A stretch of 33,514 bases of DNA from the NCBI GenBank assembly GCA_938091905.1, contig CALKOM010000159.1:1-33514 (forward strand), in the 5' to 3' direction. Below are positions 1-9,381 of this stretch, one piece after another. Under the pieces are notes generated by a model, which made no database searches, was not told the DNA's origin, and saw only the letters and a program-made list of their open reading frames with translations. Made by a program: the position numbers and the translations under genes. Position 1 is the stretch's first letter, and each line of letters starts with the position of its first letter. This stretch comes from an uncultured Verrucomicrobiales bacterium. Lineage in GTDB: Bacteria; Verrucomicrobiota; Verrucomicrobiia; Verrucomicrobiales; DEV007.

Positions 1-51
1 GGGGCGCAACTTGGCCCACGTAGCCGAATCAATAAGATATTTGTCAGTCAT
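1..51 (-). CDS. Possible 5' end of a gene running off the left edge (MTDKYLIDSATWAKLRP...), product unknown
   Basis: ATG at 49-51 on the minus strand, open for 17 codons to the window edge. Too short to assign. Confidence 0.3.
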   Translation of the reverse strand, partial: MTDKYLIDSATWAKLRP

Positions 52-546
52 AGAAGTGGATCTGCAAGCGCTATATATCACCATCGTGAACTGACAGTCA
101 ATGAGTTAGTGCTCTAAGCGAATTAATGGATTAGCCCTAGATCGAGTGAAGGTGATATCTGATGGTATTCGTGGGTGTGGTCGGCGATGCCAAGGTAGTC
201 TGTCTATGAATTAGCCGCATCGCTTTGGAACGGCCGAAAGAACGAATCGCTCATTCGGTCTGCGCCTCAAGTTTAGATGAAACGAATTGCCGTGTAGCTG
301 ACGATCGCTAGGCTTCCGACAGCAAGGGTGAACATTTGTTTCGCTGTTGGCATAACGGTCAGTGTATTGAAGATAGCGGCCCCGTTTCGAGGATTAGTGG
401 TGCCACTGACTCTATCGCTCCGGAAAGACGACCGACAGAGATGTTAGCCGCAGCATTCTATTCTTTGTTTGGGTGTGAGTTCTGAAGGTCAAGCTAGCGA
501 ACGAACCTGTTCCTGGAAATTAATAAATGCTCTTTGTTCGCAATCA

Positions 547-575
547 TTGACGCCAACTCCGTAAGTTCGTAGGCT
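547..575 (+). promoter_or_regulatory. Putative sigma70 promoter of the NACHT gene
   Basis: TTGACG (547-552), 17 nt spacer, TAGGCT (570-575), ending 10 nt before the ATG at 586. Confidence 0.6.
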
Positions 576-585
576 TCGCGACCGA

Positions 586-2433
586 ATGATGCCTGAGTCC
601 AACTTTCTCCCAGACAATTTCTTACCGCGACTTGAGAAGGTCTTGGCTTCCGGGGCTGCCAAGAAAGGGCTTGCTGAATGGCAGCGTGACTTTGGGGACG
701 CTGTTTTTCTAACGAAGCACTACGTGCAACCGCATGGCCAGTTGAAGAAGCCGATGGCTGATCGTGACGGCGATACGCGTCCGGTCTTTGCGACGCTGAA
801 CCGGTTTTTGGGGAAGCCGATTGACCTGGAGTTGCGGCACCAGCATCGACATTGCCTCTTTCTTTTAGGGGATACCGGCGTTGGGAAGACGTCGCTCCTC
901 CTCTTGCTGAAAGCTGCGCACGTGACAGGCTTGTCTTCGAGTGATTGCCGGTGTGAACTGCGAAGACTCAGTGAAACGAGGTTTGAGGACCTTGGGGCGA
1001 TCAAGTCGCCGAGACGCACGATTCTGCTGCTCGACGGATTGAATGAAGATCCAAAGGCAGCTGGAGATCTGATTGGCTCTGTGAATGCGTTGCTTGAGGC
1101 GACTCGGCACTTTCACCGGGTCATCATCGCGAGCAGAACGAGTTACTTCTGCGACCGACGTGATCCTGCCCATGCCATTGGCGCGTTTGTCTCCGGAGCT
1201 TACCGGTGTTCAACGCTCTATCTGGCTCCTTTCCACGATGGTTTGAAGGAAAAGTATCTCAAGCGTCGCTTTGGTCGCATGAAAGACGGGAATCGCTCCC
1301 GGGTGTCACAAGCGATCCATAACGTCGGAGCGTTTCGAGATCGCCCAATACTCCTCAATCACGCCGATGACTTTATCCAGTCATCAGGTAAGCAAGATCA
1401 CGCTTTCAATGCTCTGGAGACGATCACCGAAGCCTGGCTGGAACGTGAATCGAAAACTAGCAAGGTTTCGAAAGACGCCATGCGCAATGATTGTATCAAC
1501 CTTGCCCAACGGATGCAGATGGAACCATCACGGCATCGCACGGCGAAGGTTGATGGATTAAAGATTATTACTTCGCTAGAATGTCAAGGGCGCTCCTTAC
1601 TCCGAATGATCGCCGGTAAGGAGTTTCGCTTCACGCACATTAGTTTTCAGGAATATTTTGTCGCGCTAGGGCTGATCAAGGGGGTGTATCCATCAGGCAA
1701 ACAGCGTCTTCCAAGTGGTAGTCTTGTTATTGACCTTCTTATTCACCGTGACAATGCTGCCAGTGCGTGGAGAGCACTCGATCTATCGAATGTTTCGTTT
1801 CATCGTGTTCATCTGCGGAGTCCAGATTTCTCTAGGTGCCTGTTAGAATTTGCCGACTACTCGGACAGTGCCATGCTCAGCGCTTCCTTTGATCAAGCCA
1901 TCTTGACTTCATGGTTTGCCCCACGCGCTCACTTCGAAGGGGGAAGTTTTCAAGGAGCAAAGGCGACCTTATCAGATCTCGAAGCAGCCCACTTTGCGGG
2001 GACATCATTTGCCCATGCCACTTTCGCGGAGTCTTCGTTTAAGGGGGTCCATTTTGAGGACTGCCAATTACATCATACGCTCTTCGCTGATGCGAATCTT
2101 GGCGCTGCGCAGTTCGGCAAGTCGACGATCGAAGATTGTAGCTTTAAGGGTGCGTTTCTTCGGGGGGCGAAATTCGATCGAGTCACGTTCAAGCAATCAC
2201 GCTTTGATCAGGCCAGTTTGGCTGGAGCACGTTTCGAGGGCTGTACATTCGATAATCTGAGTCTGCAGTCGGCAGACATGCGAGGAGCTGTGATCGATGG
2301 AAGCGTTATCAGTGCGATTAAGGCAGGCAAGGTTTCCCATTGGGAGACCGCTGCGTGGGCCCCAGAGGTGGCCTCCCGGTTGAAACTCGCCCGTAAAGAG
2401 AATGATAAAAATATTGCTCGAATACGGTATTGA
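586..2433 (+). CDS. NACHT/STAND-like P-loop NTPase with C-terminal pentapeptide repeats
   Basis: Walker A LLGDTGVGKT, Walker B-like ILLLDGLNE, VIIASR sensor strand, the NACHT-associated winged-helix motif FRFTHISFQEYF, and about 180 aa of A(D/N/S)(F/L)xx pentapeptide repeats. Confidence 0.85.
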   Translation: MMPESNFLPDNFLPRLEKVLASGAAKKGLAEWQRDFGDAVFLTKHYVQPHGQLKKPMADRDGDTRPVFATLNRFLGKPIDLELRHQHRHCLFLLGDTGVGKTSLLLLLKAAHVTGLSSSDCRCELRRLSETRFEDLGAIKSPRRTILLLDGLNEDPKAAGDLIGSVNALLEATRHFHRVIIASRTSYFCDRRDPAHAIGAFVSGAYRCSTLYLAPFHDGLKEKYLKRRFGRMKDGNRSRVSQAIHNVGAFRDRPILLNHADDFIQSSGKQDHAFNALETITEAWLERESKTSKVSKDAMRNDCINLAQRMQMEPSRHRTAKVDGLKIITSLECQGRSLLRMIAGKEFRFTHISFQEYFVALGLIKGVYPSGKQRLPSGSLVIDLLIHRDNAASAWRALDLSNVSFHRVHLRSPDFSRCLLEFADYSDSAMLSASFDQAILTSWFAPRAHFEGGSFQGAKATLSDLEAAHFAGTSFAHATFAESSFKGVHFEDCQLHHTLFADANLGAAQFGKSTIEDCSFKGAFLRGAKFDRVTFKQSRFDQASLAGARFEGCTFDNLSLQSADMRGAVIDGSVISAIKAGKVSHWETAAWAPEVASRLKLARKENDKNIARIRY

Positions 2434-2468
2434 TAGAGTTCGTGGCAAAGCATTGACGCTGATCCGCC

Positions 2469-5400
2469 GTGGGGCTAGTCTTCCGTATGTGCTCGTTCCA
2501 GGGATTGCATGTGGTTGCTCTGTTAGCTTTGCTGATAGCGTGTGGGTCCACGGCGAATGGTCAGGTTACGGGGCAACCTGATCTCTACAAGGTGACGAGC
2601 GAGGGGATCGTCTACCTGGCCTCTGGTAGCGGCGCTCTACAGCGCTACGATCTCGCGCACGGAGTATGGTTGGAAGGGTACATCAACGATTCAGGTGAAC
2701 CGTTTGATGGCTTTGTCGTTAGCGACGACGAAGCCGTTTATGGGTGGCAGTCGGACACTGTGGTTAATGTCTCTAATGGATTTCGCCTGCTTGAAAGATT
2801 CTCTTCGGAGGTCGTTAGCGGCGTCGTGGTCGCCAACGGATTGGTCGTGACAACCAGCACGGAGCTTTCGGTTACTGGTGACGGCTTAGGTAATCGTGTG
2901 GTCTACGATGATGAGGCAGCGCTCGGATTTCGGCTATTGCATGCCCTCACGGCCACGCCAGAGGGAAGGGTCTATGGGCTTCAAAAGAATGGAGGTCTTT
3001 CAGAAGTCATCCTTTCTGGGCCGCAAGAGTTTGAGCGACAACGTAATGGTCCAAGATCCTTTCCGGCGAAGCGACTCTACCATGATGCCGCGTCCCGGCG
3101 ATTTATCGATAGCCAAGGCGTTGCTTACGATGCGGAGTCTCTATCATTTGTCAAAGGGCTATCTGAAGGCTTTCGGGACCTCGTTTTTCTCAGCGACGGA
3201 AGTGCAGTTGTGTTGCACGACCATCAGCTCTCAGTTTACGACGCCGAATTCAGCTTAACGCACTTTAAGATACTTGAAGAGCCCGTAGATGCGATCGAGG
3301 TCGTTGACAACGAGCGGCTGGCGCTTATTCGCATCTCTCCCTCGGCTCCTCAGGGCTTCGCGGTGGAAAACTCGAAGTTATCTGAACTGGAGGAAGCGAC
3401 CGAGGGCTTTCTTCCTAACTTATCGCAAGACGAGGCTTTCAATCAGTCGGAGTATGTCTTTGCTGGGCAAGGCAGTTTCCATTTGGTCTCGCGCCCGCGA
3501 GGTCAACTCACGCGTTTTACCTATGGTGCAGCCGTATCATCAGAGCGCTTGCCCATAGATCATGGCGTGGCGTTTGTGGCTAAGCATCCTGACAATGCAC
3601 TCATTCACGCGGTTCGAAGTGACTATGCAAAGATTGGTGAAACTGAGGTCGAGTTTCTTCCCCCATCCGTGGCACCCCCTTCTCCACTCAATCCGAATCA
3701 GAGGGCGCCGGTGATCGCAGGGCTCACGGCCACTGAGCAAAGTGTCATGCTTGGCATCGCTAGTGACGGCGACGCGAGCAGAGGTATTGATGAGCTGCGC
3801 ATTGTGTTGTTGGAGAACGATGCGCTCTTCTCGGCTCTCCTTGCGGTCCGTCTGGATCCAACTGAAGTGGTCTATTGTACGGAGACACAGCGGACCTATT
3901 TCTACACGGCGGAATCACCAGCCCGCGTGATCTATCGGACGATGAACGGTCAGAATCTACGGGAAAGGAATACTTCAGATTCCGTTGTCTCAAGTCGTGA
4001 CGTTCCTCTTACGGTAACGCTTGATGGAGGCTATTTGTTGGTAGGATCTGGCCGAGTGCTTGACGCCGTTAGTCTAGAGGTCATCGAAGGAATCTCATTT
4101 CACGAGACTTATGAGCATTTGGTGGGTGGTCCATCAAGCTTTCTAACAACGAAGACGGTTGCAGGTCAGACGCAGATGGATGTCTGGGATGCAGCGACCT
4201 TGGCACACGTAGGCAGATTACAGTTTCAGGGCGAGGCAGAGAAAGTAGTGCCTGCGTCCGATGGGCGTTATGTGCTCTGGCCCAGTGGCCAATTGATCGA
4301 GTTTGATGAGGACGGTCTTCCTCGGGCGGCAAGTTACCCGCAGGGGCTTCGTCCGGTGACTGATGTTAGCCTCGATAGCGCGACTGATGCGACGACTCGA
4401 ACCTTGACCTGGCAAGATCCGAGTCATGGTACAGCACACAGGCATCAGGTGGAGGCGCGCGAAAGTCCTGACGATAGCTGGACCGCGATTGCATTCGTTG
4501 ATGGCAGCTCCGCTTCTGCTACGTTCTCCACGCCCTCGCCGACCTACCAAGAGTTTCGTGTTGTCTCGTCTATTGGAGAAACCGTTGCCACTTCGAGTTC
4601 AGTATTTGTGGTTCCTGAAAACACGTTGGTAGGCCGAGGATACGACTTCAAGCTGGCCCACCATTCGCTCACGACTGCCACGTTCACCTGGCGTGACCCC
4701 GAGATGTTTGAGACGGGCTGGGAAATTGTCATGGACGGCGACACGGTGATTACCTCATCTTCTAGCAACGTCACCGAAGCCACCATCACGGGGCTCACAC
4801 CCGGTAACACATATTTCCTGCAGCTTCGCGCTCGGCTCTCGGATCTCAAGGGGCCTGGTTCTCCGGAGATCCATTTCACCATATTGGAAGACCTTGCTGT
4901 GTTGCTTCCGAGTGATTTCCGGGTTTCTTGGAGGTCTGCTAGGCGAGTCGATCTTCAGTGGGTAGATCACGCTATCAACGAGCCTGGCTACAAGCTCTTG
5001 AGGACACGCCTTGATATTAGCAACGAAGAAGACGTTGAGGTCCACCTGCTTCCCTTCAACTCACAATACTTCTCGGACACCTCGGTGATTTCGGGTGCGT
5101 CCTACCGCTACACACTCTCGGTTTTGGACGATGAAGAGGGTCGTCTCATCGCCGAAGTCACGACACCACACGTTTCCCAGGAGACAACAAGACCCTTTGC
5201 CCAGTCTGGTAATGCAGTGTATGTGGGCCAGCCAGGTGGCAGAATTGCTCGGTTCGATGCTGATTTAGGGCGGTGGTTAGAGCCTATTGAGGTGGCCACA
5301 GGAGCTTCCGTGGTGACGTTGCGTGCAGACGATACTGGGCTCGACCTGCTCATGAGCGATAACACTGTGCTTAGATGGAGCATCGATGGCACCCGCCAAA

Positions 5401-8400
5401 CCGTAACGCGGCTCGATCATCAGCCGGGCCTTCTTCTAAGTACGGTTAACGATGTGCTAACTATTGCCAGGAACGGGCTGCTTAGTGTCAGTCGGAGTAC
5501 TGGGGCATTCACCTGGACCTCATCCGTGGCTCCGCTCACGCACTCGTTCGCGGGGAACGCGGATAAAGGCATCATTGTGGGGCGCCGAGTAGATCCCGCC
5601 ATCCAATTGGTTTTGTTCGACTCCACTGGTCAGATCACGGCATCGTCGACGGTGAACGCTGACACCGGTTCTCAGCTATTTCTGTCACCAGACGCGACCA
5701 GCGTCGTTTCGAATAGCGGTCAAAATTACCAATGGGACGGCACGAGCCTGAAGTCATGGAGCCGGGATCTAGGTGGGCCCTTTGAACGACTCGTTTTCCA
5801 AGGGGCGGCACCCATCTTGCTTCGAGGGGACGTCTTGGTGATCTACGATAACGAACTGCTGCCTGTCGCCGACTACGTGTTTGGCGAGTCTCCCTCGCTT
5901 CTTGCCAGCAGTGTTAAGGGCCTTGTCTATGCGTTCTTTGAAGATTGGAACGAACCTCATGGGTTTCGAGTGAATGCCCTGGCATTGTCCGATTTAGGCC
6001 TCCTACCCAGCGGCGAACGGGTGCCTTCGAGCATTGAGGTCACGGGAACATTACCCAGCCTACTGGCGGGAGAAGACGCCTTTTATGAATCAACCATAAG
6101 TTTTGTTGATCTCGATGGCAAGGACCTGGTGGTTACTCTGGTGCAAGGACCCGATTGGCTTGTCTTGGAAGATCAAGGGAACGGTATGGCTACGCTGTCT
6201 GGAACGCCGAAGGATACGAGTTCTAGTGGCACTATCATTGGTGTTGAGGCGTCAAATGAGGAGGGTAAGACCGCTTTCTATAGCTTCGCTCTTACGGTAA
6301 GTCCTGTAGACGATGGGCCCGAAGTCAGGCCGATTGATCCTATTGTCGTTAACGAAGACTCTGAGCCGACGGTGCTCGACTTAGAGGAAATATTCATTGA
6401 TGAAGAAGATACTATTCGTGCGAGTAATGTGTCTGTCTTGCCGCTGAGCGAGGATGCTTCGAGATTGATTACGGTTAGGGAAGCGCCTTCAATTACGGGG
6501 ACCACATTCCAGGTCGATTATCTACGAGATGCCTACGGTGAAACGAGTTTTCAGCTAGCTTTTAGGGACTCCAATGGGGCGGAGGCGATTGCGACTATTC
6601 AAGTCCATGTCCTGCCAGTGAATGATCAGCCTAAGGGTGAGGATGTTTCCGTTACGCTAAAGCAAGGAGAAACCAGACGGCTCTCTCTTCTTAATCTGTT
6701 CTATGATCCTGACGATCCCATTAGACGAGATCAGATTTCTTTGTTGGATGGCCATGAGGCAGGTGTGATCGTTTCTTTTGACGGCGGATCAAGCGATACG
6801 CAAATTAGGGCTTTGGAAGACATCGAAGGAAACTTCGATGTGACTTATCGCCTGAGCCTTCCTGATGGCGCGTTTATCGATAGCCATGTTACCGTAACGG
6901 TTGAGCAGCCGTTTCTGCCTCTGCGACCTCGGTCTTATCTTTATGTTAGGGAATCTGGAGAACCGCTCGTGATCGATCTTGGGCGATTCTTTGTTGCCTC
7001 GGGTTGGGATTTGGACCTCCTTTCATATGCTATTGATCTACCGAATCCAAGCGATCAACTCTTGGTTGTCTTGCCAGTGCCAGGCCAAGTGGGAACGATT
7101 AGTCTTCAGGGAATCAAAGCCGGGAGCGGCACTCTTGATGTCGTGGCCACGGGCCCGGACAACTTTCGGCAGGAGCTTAGGGTGCTGGTCGTCGTTGATC
7201 CCGAACTGGAGGTGCCCGAGCGTGTCGTCCGCTATCCTTTCGAGGTGATGGAGGACTCCGGACCTCTGCGAATCGAGCTTGCTGGTCTCTTCAGTGAGGC
7301 AGTTGGGCAGGACTTTATTGGCTATTCGGTGCGTCGAGACCCCTTCATTGACGGCCTTGCCACGCTATCGACGCGGGAGATTTCCGAACCTCAACTCGTG
7401 CTAATTCACTTCACGCCCAATGCTCATGGCAGAACCACAGTCTCTCTCCTGCTCGACGAGAATAGCTCGGCTGGCGTGCCGACTAGACTTGATTTGGATG
7501 TGACGGTGATTCCGGTTCCGGATGCGCCTACGACGTCGGGATTCGCTCCTCTCACGTTATTGGAGGACGATTCTGGGCTAACTGTGAAGCTAAGTGATCA
7601 TTTCTCTGATCCCGAAGATACGGCGCGCGGTCTGAGTTACAGTGCTAGCTTCGATGACGGGTTACAGGGGGTTGTCGGCGTCTCAATTGATGCCCCTTCA
7701 GACCTACTGACACTCTTTCCAGAGCCCGACCAGTTCGGAAATGGAATCGTAACGATTACGGCTACAGATCGGGATGGCATGATGGTCTCTGCCACTCAAG
7801 AGATCGTCATTGAGCCTATGAATGATCCGCCGACCATCCAGTCTCTTGAACCGATCGTCGTTTCAGAGGATGGCCCCACACCCTTCCTCAGATTGTCGGA
7901 CTTTGTCGATGATCTTGAAGACGGTGTAGAGGAGCTGTCGATTTCTGTATCTTCAGATGCCTCGCTCGGAGAGATTCTCACGCCTTCTGTCGACCCAGAA
8001 ACTCAGGTGCTTTCCCTGACGCTTTTACCTGACGGGTTTGGAAGCGGATTTCTGCTCATTCTGGTGAAGGATTCCGAAGGTCTGACGGCCGAATCCACTG
8101 TGAGCGTCACCGTGCTGCCATCTCCTGATCCGCCAACGGCAATTGGCTTTGGCGAACCATTGGTATTGGCAGAAGACGCTCCGGCCATCACCTATTCGTT
8201 GTGGGACCGCTTCATGGATATTGACAGTCCATCGAGCGAGTTAGTTTATGGGGTGTCTTTCCAGTATCCCGAGCAAGCGCTCCTAAAGGCTGAGATCGAT
8301 GAAGCTACTGGAATCTTATCACTCACACCATTCGCTGATGCCTTCGGCCAAGGCACTCTGACAGTCACAGCGACGGATACGGATGCCCGTTCGATCAGTA

Positions 8401-9266
8401 GTTCTCTTGCCTTTACGATTACCGATGTTCCAGACGCACCGCGTGCTACTGGCCTAAATGTTGCTGTATTGAATGAAGACGACCAGCCGGTCACTCTGCG
8501 CCTAGTCGACCTGTTCACTGATGTTGATTCGAGTATCGACTCTTTGAGCTACGCGATTCAATCCTCGGACGCTTCCAATGCGCCCTTTAGACTTTCAAGA
8601 GATAGCCGAGATGACTCCTTTACGTTAAGTCCCAAGCCCGACCAGTCAGGAAATGGCACGTTTGCGATCCTGGCTACCGACAACACCAATCTGACAACAG
8701 AACTATTGTTTGAGGTCAGCGTGCTTCCTCTACCCGACGCCCCACAGGTGAATCGTACACTTTCTGATGTCACTGTTAGCCGTGAGGCTTCTCCAACAAC
8801 AGTCTCCCTCATTGGCGCTTTTACGGATGCTGATCCCAATACAGACCTATTGCTCCAGGTGTCTTCTGAGAATCCGGATCTCGTGTTAACAATTGACTGT
8901 GAATCGGAAACACTCACCATTGGTTTTAAAGGTATTCCTGAAGGTAGTTATGAGATTACGCTCGCTGCTCAAGATAACACTGGTCGGGTTGCGTCCCAGC
9001 AGTTCTCTTTGAATATCCCTGCATTTCCACTACCTGATCGGCAGGATCACATCGCTATCATTCGTAAGATTGATCAATGGCTTGAGATCGTTCTGCCTTC
9101 ACGCCCTGGTGTTTCCCAGGTTCTCCAAACAAGTCTTGATGGGGTCATGTGGAGCGATAACTCGGCCACTTCAGAAGAAGTAGGGGACAAACTTTGGTGG
9201 AGGATTCCTATTCAAGGAGATGCCATTCAAAGTCTCTACCGCTTCCGGTTCGGCTTCGAGCGTTAG
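2469..9266 (+). CDS. Giant secreted/surface adhesin-like protein: beta-propeller-like modules, about 3 fibronectin type III domains, about 10 cadherin/Ig-like repeats and a short C-terminal domain. Start codon uncertain (2469, 2487 or 2511).
   Basis: 2265 aa ORF with a hydrophobic signal segment (VVALLALLIACGSTANG). FN3 motifs include LTWQD, ITGLTPGNTY and LQWVDHAINEPGY...YRY. Repeats of about 100 aa carry xED...F.D.(D/E) motifs and end in VNDQP, VPDAP, MNDPP or LPDAP linkers. Confidence 0.88.
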   Translation: MGLVFRMCSFQGLHVVALLALLIACGSTANGQVTGQPDLYKVTSEGIVYLASGSGALQRYDLAHGVWLEGYINDSGEPFDGFVVSDDEAVYGWQSDTVVNVSNGFRLLERFSSEVVSGVVVANGLVVTTSTELSVTGDGLGNRVVYDDEAALGFRLLHALTATPEGRVYGLQKNGGLSEVILSGPQEFERQRNGPRSFPAKRLYHDAASRRFIDSQGVAYDAESLSFVKGLSEGFRDLVFLSDGSAVVLHDHQLSVYDAEFSLTHFKILEEPVDAIEVVDNERLALIRISPSAPQGFAVENSKLSELEEATEGFLPNLSQDEAFNQSEYVFAGQGSFHLVSRPRGQLTRFTYGAAVSSERLPIDHGVAFVAKHPDNALIHAVRSDYAKIGETEVEFLPPSVAPPSPLNPNQRAPVIAGLTATEQSVMLGIASDGDASRGIDELRIVLLENDALFSALLAVRLDPTEVVYCTETQRTYFYTAESPARVIYRTMNGQNLRERNTSDSVVSSRDVPLTVTLDGGYLLVGSGRVLDAVSLEVIEGISFHETYEHLVGGPSSFLTTKTVAGQTQMDVWDAATLAHVGRLQFQGEAEKVVPASDGRYVLWPSGQLIEFDEDGLPRAASYPQGLRPVTDVSLDSATDATTRTLTWQDPSHGTAHRHQVEARESPDDSWTAIAFVDGSSASATFSTPSPTYQEFRVVSSIGETVATSSSVFVVPENTLVGRGYDFKLAHHSLTTATFTWRDPEMFETGWEIVMDGDTVITSSSSNVTEATITGLTPGNTYFLQLRARLSDLKGPGSPEIHFTILEDLAVLLPSDFRVSWRSARRVDLQWVDHAINEPGYKLLRTRLDISNEEDVEVHLLPFNSQYFSDTSVISGASYRYTLSVLDDEEGRLIAEVTTPHVSQETTRPFAQSGNAVYVGQPGGRIARFDADLGRWLEPIEVATGASVVTLRADDTGLDLLMSDNTVLRWSIDGTRQTVTRLDHQPGLLLSTVNDVLTIARNGLLSVSRSTGAFTWTSSVAPLTHSFAGNADKGIIVGRRVDPAIQLVLFDSTGQITASSTVNADTGSQLFLSPDATSVVSNSGQNYQWDGTSLKSWSRDLGGPFERLVFQGAAPILLRGDVLVIYDNELLPVADYVFGESPSLLASSVKGLVYAFFEDWNEPHGFRVNALALSDLGLLPSGERVPSSIEVTGTLPSLLAGEDAFYESTISFVDLDGKDLVVTLVQGPDWLVLEDQGNGMATLSGTPKDTSSSGTIIGVEASNEEGKTAFYSFALTVSPVDDGPEVRPIDPIVVNEDSEPTVLDLEEIFIDEEDTIRASNVSVLPLSEDASRLITVREAPSITGTTFQVDYLRDAYGETSFQLAFRDSNGAEAIATIQVHVLPVNDQPKGEDVSVTLKQGETRRLSLLNLFYDPDDPIRRDQISLLDGHEAGVIVSFDGGSSDTQIRALEDIEGNFDVTYRLSLPDGAFIDSHVTVTVEQPFLPLRPRSYLYVRESGEPLVIDLGRFFVASGWDLDLLSYAIDLPNPSDQLLVVLPVPGQVGTISLQGIKAGSGTLDVVATGPDNFRQELRVLVVVDPELEVPERVVRYPFEVMEDSGPLRIELAGLFSEAVGQDFIGYSVRRDPFIDGLATLSTREISEPQLVLIHFTPNAHGRTTVSLLLDENSSAGVPTRLDLDVTVIPVPDAPTTSGFAPLTLLEDDSGLTVKLSDHFSDPEDTARGLSYSASFDDGLQGVVGVSIDAPSDLLTLFPEPDQFGNGIVTITATDRDGMMVSATQEIVIEPMNDPPTIQSLEPIVVSEDGPTPFLRLSDFVDDLEDGVEELSISVSSDASLGEILTPSVDPETQVLSLTLLPDGFGSGFLLILVKDSEGLTAESTVSVTVLPSPDPPTAIGFGEPLVLAEDAPAITYSLWDRFMDIDSPSSELVYGVSFQYPEQALLKAEIDEATGILSLTPFADAFGQGTLTVTATDTDARSISSSLAFTITDVPDAPRATGLNVAVLNEDDQPVTLRLVDLFTDVDSSIDSLSYAIQSSDASNAPFRLSRDSRDDSFTLSPKPDQSGNGTFAILATDNTNLTTELLFEVSVLPLPDAPQVNRTLSDVTVSREASPTTVSLIGAFTDADPNTDLLLQVSSENPDLVLTIDCESETLTIGFKGIPEGSYEITLAAQDNTGRVASQQFSLNIPAFPLPDRQDHIAIIRKIDQWLEIVLPSRPGVSQVLQTSLDGVMWSDNSATSEEVGDKLWWRIPIQGDAIQSLYRFRFGFER

Positions 9267-9381
9267 GTTGGCACAGTCTCTTCTTTTCGATTCGGGCGGG
9301 GCGTTGGCCGACCTGCGAAGCTGCGTGGACATGCAGAGGGTATGGTTGTCACCGTTTGCATCAGCCTATACTCTCTGCCAC

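Noticed and set aside
1..51. Resemblance of MTDKYLIDSATWAKLRP to IS5-family transposase N-termini
   Set aside because: Only 17 residues are visible and no terminal inverted repeat can be verified.
9268..9284. Possible sigma54 promoter TTGGCACAGTCTCTTCT upstream of the selenoprotein gene
   Set aside because: The -24 box is good, but the -12 position reads TC rather than the conserved GC, and a sigma70-like -10 lies closer to the start.
9220..9381. N-terminal extension of ORF 9220..10056
   Set aside because: It overlaps the end of the giant gene. ATG 9382 begins a clear signal peptide and has a TATACT box just upstream.
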